A DNA stretch of 63,803 bases, counting the filler, from Phoronis australis (lineage: Eukaryota; Animalia; Phoronida), in assembly GCA_002633005.1 (NCBI GenBank). It is 9 parts of 9 records of this genome, joined end to end, with 100 filler letters (N's around TTAATTAATTAA, not from the genome) between each part and the next. Parts side by side here need not be neighbours in the genome. Positions count along the whole stretch, not along the records: positions 1 to 20,653 come from NMRA01001424.1; 8 more parts are not named here. One strand, written 5' to 3'. Numbering within the stretch: the first letter of the stretch is position 1; every line of letters starts with the position of its first letter. Position numbers and translations under genes: made by a program. The notes under the pieces were generated by a model. That model did not search any database. It saw nothing but the letters and a program-made list of their open reading frames with translations, and was not told the origin of the DNA. Shown piece after piece: positions 1-13,200 of this stretch.

Positions 1-146
1 GAATGGAACATATGTGCCAAATTTCATGAACGTATGTCAAAGGGTTTTGGAGATAGAGCAGCGGACGCCGGACGCCGTCCGGACGGACGGACGGACAGAG
101 ATGACGGCATAATGCGTCCACATATAAATATGTGGGTGCATAAAAA
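1..146 (-). mobile_element. Helentron/HINE (DINE-1-like) element end
   Basis: Inverted copy of 36939-37075. It has a T-run terminus, the short inverted repeat ATGCRCCCAC-ATATTTATAT-GTGGACGCAT and a (GTCC)n microsatellite. Confidence 0.6.
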
Positions 147-1290
147 ACACATATTATTAATTTTCCCCCTTTCCAATTGACAGAAAAACTAATCAAAGTT
201 CCAGATCATCAGGATATTGAAAATGCTACGATCATCCTCCATGACAGTCGACGAAATTCATTGCTGCAGAAAGATGGTTTTCCTATGAGCTACGGACACG
301 GTGCAACGATTTACGGCAAACTAACAACGAAAAGGATTTGCGAGATAAAAATCATGTTGTCGACCTATAGGTCGGAAGAAACAAGCCCTAAAGCAAAATG
401 AAGTCAATTCACCTTCCTTAAGTGTCACAAATATTTTAGTGTCCGGTGTGTTAGATTAACAACCAAATACATGAAACATTTACAAGTTACATGACATGTG
501 ACTAAAAGAAATGTGACAACATCGACAAGACTCGTGTATTTTAATTCCCATGATGCACCACACCATCAGCGGACGCTAACAAAACTTTACACTGTCTAAT
601 CACTTTAAGACATTTTTTGTAATTGTCATTGGTGCTATGGAATAGTTTACCAGCTCATCTGAAATAACACAGAAATAAAGTGACGTTCCAACCACAAGAA
701 CTAGCTGTTTCAATCAGTTTGACATCCGAGTCAAGCTCAACTGACATGACTGGGTTCATTGTAATCAATAAATTGGCTGAAAGGCTTAGAATCATGGAGA
801 TACCACTGTGCTTAGCAGTAAATTTTTTCAACAGGGCCCTTTATGATTGTGCGGCTCCATACCGTTAAAAGTTTCAGTGCAAAATCATGCGGAATACACT
901 AGAAAGAATCCGTTGCTGTAGTACGGCAGGGTGCAGGGGACTTCCGTCACAGGTTCTATGCATTTGTGGGACTTAGCAACGGTAACAGTGTAGAGCGTGG
1001 CCTAAATCAGTTTACGCAAAATCCTGGTTTAATTTGTCCCACTAAACATAGCATTTTCATAGCACAGTTGCTGCTATCAGTCGCTTTATTAATAAAGACA
1101 CCACCTAACTTAATGAAAATAGGGTTCTTATCTGATGGTGGGCGATTGCTGATTGACAACAAAATCGTGAAGAATATCTGATGATTAAATCACAAAAGTA
1201 CAAAGAATAAATGCCACAAATCAAGTCTTTAGACGTCCAAAGAATGTCAGCTTACCTTGGCTAACATCATTTCTAAATAAGAAGACATAC

Positions 1291-4200
1291 CTTGGCCAAT
1301 TAATTGCACTAGATGAGAAAAAATGGCAAATTCTGGCATCCGTAATCTCTGGTCAGCTTTTGTGGCAGACAATCGCCATAGACGCTGTAACTTGTCTTGG
1401 GGAACATTGAAAGAATTTAGGATTCCCACAAAATTAGCACCTGAAAGGGAAGACAGACTAGTGCAACTAGAGACACCTATTGGAAGAAACAACAACACAT
1501 CTGTGTATCAACCAACAGAGTAAGACAGCCAGCACATCTAAAAATCCACAGTCAACAATTTTCCAACAGAAACCTAACTTTGTTATGTCTGGTGAAACAT
1601 GTTTGTTCTATGGTTCTACAAAACAACACTACAATTACAAAAATAACTAACATTTCATAACAAAAAACAAAAATGAATGTGGTATACATGCCTGATCTAT
1701 TGTTGAAATCTGACCAAAGTTTTATTTTGTGATCCCACAGTTGAGAAGCTGTAACAACAAACTGTAGTATCTATCAACTTAGAGGATGAGTTTACATAAA
1801 TTATAGTTATTTGGTACGCTTGAAAAATACAACTAAAATCTTAAAAACATTACGCGACAATGATTAGGAAAACTATCATCCTATCACACAAGTCACAATA
1901 TCAACGGCTTTGATATGTTTCCATAGATACCTTCATTGCACAATTTCTTGAATGCTTCTTTGAACTCAGTCAAACTGGCCTCGGATATAACTGGCACATC
2001 TACATTACTGACATCTGGTGGAAGGCTGTGAGGCAGTGACTGGGGTAATTTTCTCCCCTGTACTTTGCCACAACATAGGTGAGCAGCCGACATGAATTCC
2101 CTGACATCCAAAAGGTTATCCAAGGTCTCATCGGCAAGATTCCTGTAAAAAACCATGAAAATACTAATAAAGGCATAGACGATGCATCTTTCTGCTGTAT
2201 CTGTGGCAGATTGTCACCCACCTTTACAGTGCAACATGTTATATAACTTTTGTAATTACCGATATCTGTAGTAGTTTAGTTTGTCATAATATATATGACC
2301 TTTTATCTCAACTACACGTGTTGTTTCACTGTAAACTAGCTTCGGTATCGCTTCGCAGTTAGCGCATATAAAAATTATTTAAGTATTAAATTATTTTATG
2401 TAAGCTATACTGCCTCCTCCTCATTATCATATTGTTTGGATTCTCAGGTCAGTGACCCTCTTTGTTTTACGATTATTGGTTTAATTGTACCACGTGATCT
2501 CTTTGTCTTGTTGCAACACTGGGCCATCGTCCACAATTCTCTCCAACTTTCATTTTTCACTCAATTTCTCTTTCCCTCCCTCCCTCAAACCAATTTTCAT
2601 TCTTTCCCTGTTATCCTCAAATTTCACATGTCGCTGTCCCGGTGTTGCTGTTATTCTTCCGCATATTGTTTCGCAGATTGTCACCCACCTTTACAGTGCA
2701 ACATGTTATATAACTTTTGTAATTACCGATATCTGTAGTAGTTTAGTTTGTCATAATATATATGACCTTTTATCTCAACTACACGTGTTGTTTCACTGTA
2801 AACAGCTTCGGTATCGCTTCGCAGTTAGCGCATATAAAAACATTTAAGTTCATAAAACTTGTAACGAAATTAAAAGCGCATGCCACCGCTTTTATTGCCC
2901 TGTCAGTACAAGCTGCTGATACCAGACACACCATAAGTTGAAGACAATCTCACATACAAGTCATATTGATGAATGCGTGACACTCTTTGGCCAAGCCAGG
3001 GTCTTTAGATAATTCAAAAGGGAACACAGCAGGAATGTAGCTCCTTTTACCATAGCCCCCATAGACACACATCGACTAATCAGAGTTGTTGGTTCGTGAT
3101 GTCAGATGGCATAAATCTACTACCTTGTCCATTTGTGGAAGGTGTTACTATTGAGCTAACAGATTAGCCTGAGAAAGTTTGCCCATCATGTATGAGACTT
3201 TTCAAATCATAATTTGAGGCTGCGTAGCCGGGATCCTACCTCTTCAAAATAATATTGAAAATGCCTAACCTATGCAAGAAATTCTTGAAAAGTTTAGTTC
3301 GTGGGGTTGTGACTTTCCTCGAGCAACACATGCACAGAATGACTTCTTAACACTTCAACAATAACACTGGAGCAAGTTTACCGTGTGGACGTACAGCTGA
3401 ATCGGGGCAAATTGACCCTTGAGAGAATTACTTGCACTGGGGCAACTGCTAACAGTTATTGTGTATACATGACATTCTAAAAATTCACCAATTTGGGAAC
3501 ATCTCTAAAATATGGGACACGGAAACTCCTGTAAAAATTGAAATTTCTTGATTTTGGAATTTAGGACAAGGGCAATTTTGGCATTCACAATAATTCTCAA
3601 ATTTCGGACAATGCGTTTTCAATCTGCAAAGTGGGTAATTTTGTCATCTTTCCGGTGATTCTTGAATTTCAGACGGCCATTATTGTATATTTCTACAACT
3701 TGGAACAAGCTACAAGCTTGATCAATATTTCACTGTCCCAATTGGAGAATTTTTACAGTAAATACAAAAGGATGCCTCTTAAAAATATGGAATCTACAAT
3801 GTGGAAAAGCGTGAATAACTCTTATGCAAACAAAACTGGACCTCACAGCAGTCACAAAGTCCACCATTAAAACATTAATCTGCATCTACCTGATGGCTAT
3901 GTCACCATCGTAAATTTGGTTGCTTCAAGGGAAATATCTCCGTCGATACATTTGAGTAAACCTTGAAATGACACCTGAAGTATCTAGATTGTCTGTGGAT
4001 TACTTGGCTCAACACACAGAGGCCTCTTCACGGAGATGTGCAAACACCATCAAATTGTAAGGCGTTCGATATGGAAACAATGCATGGATGGTCTTTCAAA
4101 TCACATGTGTTCTGGATAAATAAAAACTCTGAATTCACTCGTTTAGCCCCAAATTATGACAAAATGCCAGGGCAACAAAGGCAATTTTTTGTCATTAAAA

Positions 4201-7200
4201 AACTCTTTTATTTAAGACATCCATTTCCTAGTTGCGATAGTGGTTTATTGCTGTCAGGGGAGGTTTGAACTTTTTGTCAGCAAAAAGGGCATCGTCCTTA
4301 TGAATGTATTTCCCTGACATTAGACAGAAAAAACAATTCTTATTTCTTTATGATCAAATATCAAAAATCCTGTTTTTGTTACAAAATTACCAATTCGCTC
4401 TAAAATAATCTCTTTTAAACTGTATTAAACGAAGAGAACTGTAATCTATTTTATGAGTATCGCAATGACCAATTTAGGATACAAAATGGCGAACAAGTGA
4501 AATTCTCTTTCTTTTCACTTTTTAATAAACTGGAAGCAGCAGGTAGTAAATTCTTTGTCAATTTCAAATTCCAAACAACAGCAACCAACAGACACGTTTT
4601 GAGAAACTGCTGGCAAGCAGAACAATGAATCGTACGACAAACGGACAACTTTAAGGATTTTTTTGTCAGAAATTGGCCAAGTGAAATTTTACCAAACACA
4701 GAAAATGAAGGTACATAACGTTGCGAACGTGACGAGGGTGACAGGTAGCTGTGACACTACCCACTTACAGGTGACTTGTACAATTATTGACTAAAAATTG
4801 AATTCATATCACGCGCAAATTGCACAGCAAGACTTGGCAGTGAAAAAGTTGACTTTGATATCATACCGAAGTGAAACTAGATCCAAGAAGGAGAAAGAGA
4901 AATTGTATGACAAATGCGGTCCCACCACGTTTGTTTCAGTCTCGATATGAATACGAGCTTTTGTATGCTTAGTGACAAGAGCCTTACCATATCTGGCTAA
5001 GAACGAGCAACGACAAGCGCGATTGTAGAAAGAAATCCCTGACGGAGTCACCTGCAATAACATAAAAAGTGAAAATAGAGCAGTAAATATAAATGGGATT
5101 TACTACTGGCAGTGATAGATGTGCAGCAATATTCAAAGTAAGATGACCTCAAAACAGTTTTCACATATATATGGCACTTAAATTGACACATCGTTGGATT
5201 GGGTGGGCTTCGTGGAGCTATGTTTTGACCAGGCTATAAAACAACAAAACGCATTGTTTTTAAGATTTTATTACAAATTGCCATTTCTCACAGTAGTCTA
5301 CCAGAGATTTGTAGAAAGCTAGACCCATGACTTCACTAGTTATATATATGCTTAAACTGTTCCGCTATTCATGTGGAATTTAGCTCTGACAACAGACTTA
5401 AGCAAAGACCACGAAGGTTCCAGGTTCGATTCCGCGCTGCGGTTATCTCAGAAAATTGTTTTTCTTGCTGATAATGTCAGTTTAAGGTAATGTAGGACCC
5501 CTCCAAACTTGTCTCTAACTTTGGAATGCCGTGTCTCAGATCTGGCAGATTGAATTCCTATCAAACTTTCACACATTATACTCTAAGCAATGTTCTCCAC
5601 AATTCTGAGAGGTTATCCAAAATATGATTTTTACGAAAAAAGTCAAAAGTTGCAAGAAACCAAATTATATTTAAGAAAACGGCAACAGCTTTTTAAGCTT
5701 TCATTTTCAACGTTTAAATCAAATGAAATTTGGCCCTAAGATGAAATCTCACCAATTCAGTACACAATATTGCATAAAATATATGTAGCATCAAAATAAA
5801 TCTTTCCATGATCAAGTTCTGTACCACTGCTATCGTCAGAAAAAATATCTTGAAAAATTGTGGGCTTTTACAATAGCGTTAAAAGTTCTTGAAAAACAGA
5901 GAAAGGGTAATTTTGGTAAGTACTTTTGTTCGAAATTGATGAGAATTTACTGTTATTTTCCTAAGAATGGACTTTGTTGCTAAATTTTACAACAAAGACA
6001 TGGTCATATGACCTAATTAATGACAAAATATTGTACAGTTAAAATTTAAAGTTTACAAGCTTTATTTTCCAATACTGTATACTTTTACAGAGTTTATTTC
6101 AACGGTTTTGCACATATTTGGCTAAACGCAGACTTGTCGATAAGGTACTCCGTAACCCCTAAGATCTGCTCCATAACTTAGAACGAACAATTTCCATTAT
6201 TGTATGGAAAATTCTCACCAACATCAGCCATAAGTAATTACCAAAAATTTTTCAAGGGATTATACCACTGTTGTTAATGCCCGAAAGTTTTCAGAAAATT
6301 GTGGTGGTAGACTGGTAGCTTTAGTACATAACTTGAACGTGCAATTTGGAGCTGCTCATCTCTTACGGAAAAATGAGATAATAAATTTCACTTCTCCATC
6401 GTATTGCGTCTTAAGTTGGAGAGATTTTACAGGAACTACCTAGTGACATCATATCAATCATAATTAGATTCAATGCTGCCTGATAAAGAAAACAGTTTAC
6501 TTAAAAGTAAAATCGTAGGCATGTACCTCAGAAAAACTGAAACTGGGGACCATTGGGGTACAAATGCAAAATGAGGGTGGGACTTTATCCGAATAAGAAG
6601 TCAGTTTATCAAAATAAAGCTGTATGCAAGCCATTTTATGTAAAAGTTGAACATTGGTTAAATGCAGACAATGTACTGCTAGTCAGTTAGCAGCGAGCCA
6701 ATTACAATCTTTATTGGAGTTGAACTAGACATTCACAAAGACATGGTGTTTCATAGAAACAAATTTGCTGACTGCATGAATTAAGGAAGGATACAAGACA
6801 GAGCGCGGGTGTTTAAAAGAGAAAATTTGGAAACATTCGGAGTTAGGCATTAATCCAAACTAGGCGTTAAAGCACACTAATACAGTACGTCAAAAATGAT
6901 AAATAAATCGGAAAAAATAATTGTAAACAAGGAATGGTAATGGTAAAAACTCTCCACTTTGGGATAGAGGAAAAAATATTTCAAACCTTCTGAATCAAAA
7001 AATGTACGGGTACACCTTTTCAGGGATATGATTGATACATGGAAAAAAAAACGCCCAGGAAAATTCAATATTAGATCGTCCCATATTTTGAAGACTTCCA
7101 AACTGCAGAATGTTGACCTCATTCAAACTAAGTCGACCTTGTCCCGTAATTCAAACAGTGTGACCTACCTGAGAGAAACCCTTCAACCGGGCCCAGCTCA

Positions 7201-10200
7201 TGAAAGAGTCGCATGTAATAACAAAACTCATCGTCACTTATTGGCAGCCATTCTGAAAGACAATAATGTATTCCATTATGACAATTTGTCAACTTGCGAC
7301 ATCACTAGCCACAGATTACAACAGAGTTACAGCCTCAGGGATCCCTTCCGAGAAACGTGGCTATGGCAACGTGGCCTCAAGTATATGGACCAATTTGGAG
7401 GACCTATGGGCCATGTTATTTTTGTTCCTTTTTCGCTTCCTATTTTAATGTGCCCGTTGGCCGAGTTAAGTAATCCCAGAGTGTCAATGAAATTTTTTGC
7501 ACCAATGACACGGGGCGTGCTCCTAAAATTATCTCTGGAGCCAAAAATACAATATTAAAGTCACTGTTGCCAAACTGTTGGTATCTTACAAGACTACACG
7601 ACAACAGAGAACTTTTCTGAAATAAACAAGATCCATGTTTGCTTCAGGAAACTTCTGATGTCTCGTAATCTGAAAAAAATTAAAGGAAGGCTTAAAAAAT
7701 TTTTCATGCACGATGACTAGATCTTAATTTTAAACAATTGATGATCCAATAACTGAATGGCCCCGTGACTGACTTTGACCGATTACATATGGTAATAGCA
7801 CCCACGTCTTCAAATCAAGGATATGCTTTTATTTTTGCCACAGACAAATTAATGTAAATGTATCCCAAGAAAGATCCAAAACCCAACGCCTCACAGGCAA
7901 CACCGTCCTAGGCATACGAAGTGTGTCCTCTGCCATTAGGGTAGAAGAGAATGGAGATGATACGTGCTGCACATCATCAATAACAGTATACGGTTGCATA
8001 CCTTCGGGTAATAATTTCAGGTAATAACGCTCTATCATGGCTACAAGCACAGCGTGCTGCAGCCTGTAATACTTCAGTGGCTGTGAAACAAAGTTATGAA
8101 GACAAGAAATATCAGTACAGATCTATTGATTTCAATCTGATTAGCAAGGAAATGTTTTCATAAAGGAAATGATATATAGGTCAATAACCCTAAATAAATG
8201 TAAAAATAAATAAGATGTGCTAACATATAGTATTGTAAATATTGATATAATCAATAAAAGTTCTATACATGCCTGGCTTGTTTTAAGTCTATGTATTGTG
8301 CTAATGGCATGAATATCATAGCAACTTACAAACATTTAACAACCAGTTTGAATAAATTTATACCTTATATTGAACAAAATAAAATCAGCAGCAAAAAAAG
8401 CACACCTGCAACACTTCATTGTGTCTAATGAGTCTAACTAACATCAGTAACAACTTACAGAGTGTAAACAAGGAGTGTAAATAAATTGAAAGGGTACGAA
8501 TTGACATTCACAAATTGACTGCTAGTAGTTATAATTTTCAAGGAAGTCAATATGTAAGATGAATACCACAGATCACAAAATCAGGATTAAGGGCTTTATG
8601 ATTTGATTCAGATCTTAACTCAGTTTCAAGAGTTATTTTGGGACTTCACATCCATTAACAAGGTTTCTACGGAAGTTGAATAGAAAATCTGGTTTGGAAT
8701 CTGAGATGACATCAAAATTTAGAAACAGAAACAGAATTAAGAAGCAGCTTGTGTAAGAATAAGTTTTCACTGCAACTTCCTTGACAGCATGAATTTAAAT
8801 CTCATTAAATTAAAAAACCTGATGCGCACGGTTCCGTAAAATGGCCAGTACCTAGTCTGGACTTTTTTGTTGTAACATTTGCGCAAAAATTATTGCCAAC
8901 ATTACAGGACTATGGCATTATAACAACACATGAGAAACACCTACATGAACTCAATATGAAATGGGTCACTGCACATTTCTCTCTCAACATCAGTGCACCA
9001 GCATATTGATGTGAATGTGGGATTTTACATTAGCAGCTGAAACTGACTGTATCACAACATACCGGTTTATAGTATCTACCAAGTATATGCAATAAACTTG
9101 CATTACTTAGTGGTAATCACTTCACTAGCAAGTGTCCCCATATCATAGATGCGGACAGTAAAATAAAGGCTGAAAAACACATAGTTTTGCAGTTTTCATT
9201 ATCTAAAACACCGCACGAACTTTACCTACTTCATTTCTAGTTTGAACCCTTTGTAAGTATGCATTTGCCAGATTTTCCTGATTTGTAATAAAAGCATGCA
9301 AGGTAGGGTACTCTATCTTCAACAGTGCACAAAAATTATCAACACTTTTCCTACTTATGTCGGATACATCTTGTAAAAGAGTGTTCAAAGATGATCACTG
9401 TTTTGACCAGAGCTCTGAGTACTAGCTACACGCCTCATAGCACTGGGAGTCACAGTTCACATATTTCTGTCCAAAAGCATTCACTGGTTGACATGAGAAA
9501 ATTAATAGCTTTCCACTGCAAGCAACTTCATAAATTATCAGGAACAATAACCACAATGACAATGTCCAACACACTGTATTCAAATTTACACACGACTGAT
9601 TTTGGGATATTTTTCATCAAAGAATGAAAGATAAAAGGTCAACAAGCCTACAAAAACCAATTTACAACACAATACGAAAGACAAGTGTTTCTCTTTTTTC
9701 ATATCTTCATAAGCAATAGGTAAGCAATGCATGAAAACATTCCTATGAAGGACCTTATTGACAACTCTGTATTTACCCAAAAAACTACAAAACCATTACA
9801 AATCGCTAAAAGTACATCTTTCCTGAAAGAAGAAAGCCTGCAGAATTTGATTTTAAACTTTAAAACAATCTCCCATAAATTGAGTCACATGACAAGGTTT
9901 TTCAGCAGAAAAGAAACATGAAAAACTTCTGGAAAAGTCTAAGTATATAGCCAGACATTTACAAACCTGTAGCTTTTAACTCCGGAAAAAACATAGTCTC
10001 TGTAGAAAGCTTGCAGAATTTGATTTCTGCCATCAGTTGGGTCCTAAAATACCTATATTTGATAAGCCCCCGTGTAAACAAGGGACATTTGAAGACAATT
10101 CCTCAATTCCTTACAACCTTTGAAAACAGTGTACGAAGTATAATATCTAAAAGCTTCATAAAAATTTGATAAGCCATTTATGAGATATGATGTTCTGAAG

Positions 10201-13200
10201 TCAGCTAAATTTGGATATTGGTTTTTCTAGGGCCCTGCATAACCTTAAGTAACACTGAATACCAACATAAATACGGTTGTGTGAAAAATGTGCATGTTCA
10301 CAGCATTTGAAGCTCTTCAATAACAAAGAGGGCAGTTTTGGCACATATTTTTGTCCCCAATTTCCAATCCAGATAACACATAATTCAATATTTTCTAAAA
10401 AGGGCATAACATGAAAAGGTTTGCCCCTCATAACAAGCAATAATACTATCTCAGCAAACACCTGTGCCTCAGTTCATCAAATGTCTTAAGTTTGGTCTTA
10501 GCTAAGACAGTCATATTTTGAATTTTCATTAACACAAAATTTATTAAGAAAGGCAATCAGTTTGAATGTGAATTTCAATCATGTTTGTACATCAGTACTA
10601 AATGTTTTCACTTATGAAATTTGCAGTGTCACCAACTTAGCGAAAATGTTACGGCCATCTTAGCTCTTCTGGTCGAAGTCTACGTAAACAAACATTTAGT
10701 ACTATAGACGCACTTAATATAAATTATTTTGTTTCATCAACAAATTTTCTTAGTCAATGGCAACAAACCTTTACTCAGAGAGATGAACAGGCATAAGGAG
10801 ATCAGAAAATAGTGAATTTTGCCACACAAAACCACATAAAAATATTTATTAAAAATCACTCAGACAGCTCCAGTGTTTCAAAAACGATGCCACAGAATGA
10901 ACAGTAGGTACCATTACAACAAACTTGTCTGATATAATTCTCATCTGTATAATTTTATTTGCAATTCAAAATGGAAAACCCCCGAGCACACCCGTTCAAC
11001 TATGAGACAAGAGAGTGCACCGAGTGCAGTAATATAATCTACGGTTGACTTACATACCAAGTTTGGACATCCTATTTTTCAGTTTCACTGGCAATTCAAT
11101 TAAGTACAAATCCGTGAAAAGCAGGTTCCACCCCATATTCTTCCACCAAGATTTGAAACCTTCTACATACATGAGTTGAAATTAACTTTTGAAACTTGAA
11201 AGTCAAATGCCTTTCTGTCACAGGATTAAAGTAAACTTAAAACAAGTAATTTTTATTTACTGGAGGCCAATGGGCATTGTTGGGTCTAATGAAGGGAATT
11301 CAATGTAATATTTAAATATTTTTCAGAGAGCAATGGTACCGATATTCAGCCCCATAATTGAGATCCCCACAAAAAAATATCCTGCCATCCTGCAACACTA
11401 TTTAAATGTCATGTTTCTTACAAAAAAAAACAAAATTAACGCGTAAGTTATTGTGATTCTCCACACAATACTGCTCTAATTTCCCATTTCACTAAAACGC
11501 TGTTAGGGCATTTCTATTTTTGTTTACCATACTTTCTTGTTCAAGGTGCATTCCATGTGGTACTTGTGTGAACAATAAAAAATGGAGTGTGCTAGTGTGG
11601 TGGACCCCACAACACTTACAGAATTCAGAGGGATGATCTGCTAAAAAAAGAGTGTGAATGCATTGAGTTCAGAAATTCTGATTCCAAATTTTGTTTATTT
11701 GAATCTAAAAAAAGAAAAAGCAACTTGAACAGTTTCGTGCAATGCAACGGACATTTCACCCACTCAAATTGACTTAGAACATCCTGCTTTTCCAATCAAA
11801 GATTACCATTTTTTCATTGTCCTCGATATTAGCAAACATGAGTTGTGATGCAATGAAAACAAAAATGGCTCATTCACAATTTTGTTAACCAATAAAATGA
11901 TGTTTGAAAGAAGCTATAATTCTTGAAGCAACATGACTTCGACAGTTTAGCCAGGAGAAGCCAAATTTGTAGAAAATAGGGTAAAACTGGTGTAAATGAC
12001 AATGGGTCCCTCCTCAAAATGGCTGCCGAGAAACTAGGCAACACATAGCCCTTTGGTTGGCTACAATACTTCCCATCGCGTTCTGTATTAATTTCGTTCT
12101 GTGTATTTTAAACGGGCAATAGTCAAAATCCGCCCACCGATTAAGAGTTTTCACCTCGTCAAAAATATTCTACACTTACAACTATCACTTAAAAAAGCAC
12201 TTACTTTCTTCAGTGATCCTCTCTACTTCTACATATATCTTCGATGAAGCAAAGCTACCAAAAATAAGGTAACTTTGGCAAAGAATTCCAACTCCACTTT
12301 TGGTCACCGTTAACTTTTTCACCACGCGCGCAATAACCACAAAGTATTACAACTGAGTCATTTGAGTTAGCTAGGCTAGTGCGAGAGTGAGCAAAGCTCG
12401 TGACGCTGGCGCGTGACACTTGCAAAATAGCATGGGAAGATATCAGGTGAAATTTGTAAGATTTATGTCCCTTGGACTTTTTATTCGTCAACATGCGTGA
12501 TTTCATGTAACTTTCTCAAAATAGCTCTTGGTAAGAGAAACTCGAGCAAACCGCCACAGATTTTCATGGATATGTTCAAACTATGCTGACTAAATTGTAT
12601 CCAGAGTCATGGTATGTGTTTATTATAACTACGTGTGCCTATATGCATGTTTCATTCGATTTCATTTCCTGTATTTCGAAATGAATAACTTTTTGTGGGG
12701 ATGTACTATTGCCCCTGTATGCCTGCGAAACTCAGGGCAATGTAATTGCCTACTGAGAAACCAGTTTTACTAAATAACGGCATTGTCTATTATGCAGTGA
12801 AACTGGTTCTCAGTAGCCATTTTGAAGAGGGACCCATTTCAGTGGCGGATTTAAGGGGGGGGCAGTACGTACGAGGGTGCGAATGTCTGACAGGCAAAAT
12901 CCTGGATAATACCCTGCCCCACCCCCCCCCCCACCTAGTTAGTTGTACAGGCATCCTCAGCTTCTGATCATCCCCAATACACTATACAAGGTATGACACT
13001 TGTGAGACAAGGAATTCTTTAGTTGCTTCACAACAAAAACTCAATAAATTTACACAAACAGAGGTTCTGCAAACCATGAGCAATTGTTCTTTCTTCTGCT
13101 AGCATTCACAGTATTCTGCTCCAGCGACTTCGCATCAAATTAGCGGTCAAAACACAAAACTCTTCCCAAAAAGCTGCTGCGCACTGTAAATGTGCCGTTA

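Noticed and set aside
2950-3975. Extra candidate exons in the EH gene intron (~2975-3075 and ~3890-3974)
   Set aside because: The flanking exons 4988-5051 and 1931-2142 already join into an intact EH domain (IW-NLAD), so an insert would break it.
4809-5063. 84-aa minus-strand ORF in the track
   Set aside because: Wrong frame. The true coding part is the 64-nt exon 4988-5051.
7028-7558. 176-aa plus-strand ORF
   Set aside because: It has no recognisable motif and lies antisense to a real EH exon (7169-7252), so it is likely a shadow ORF.
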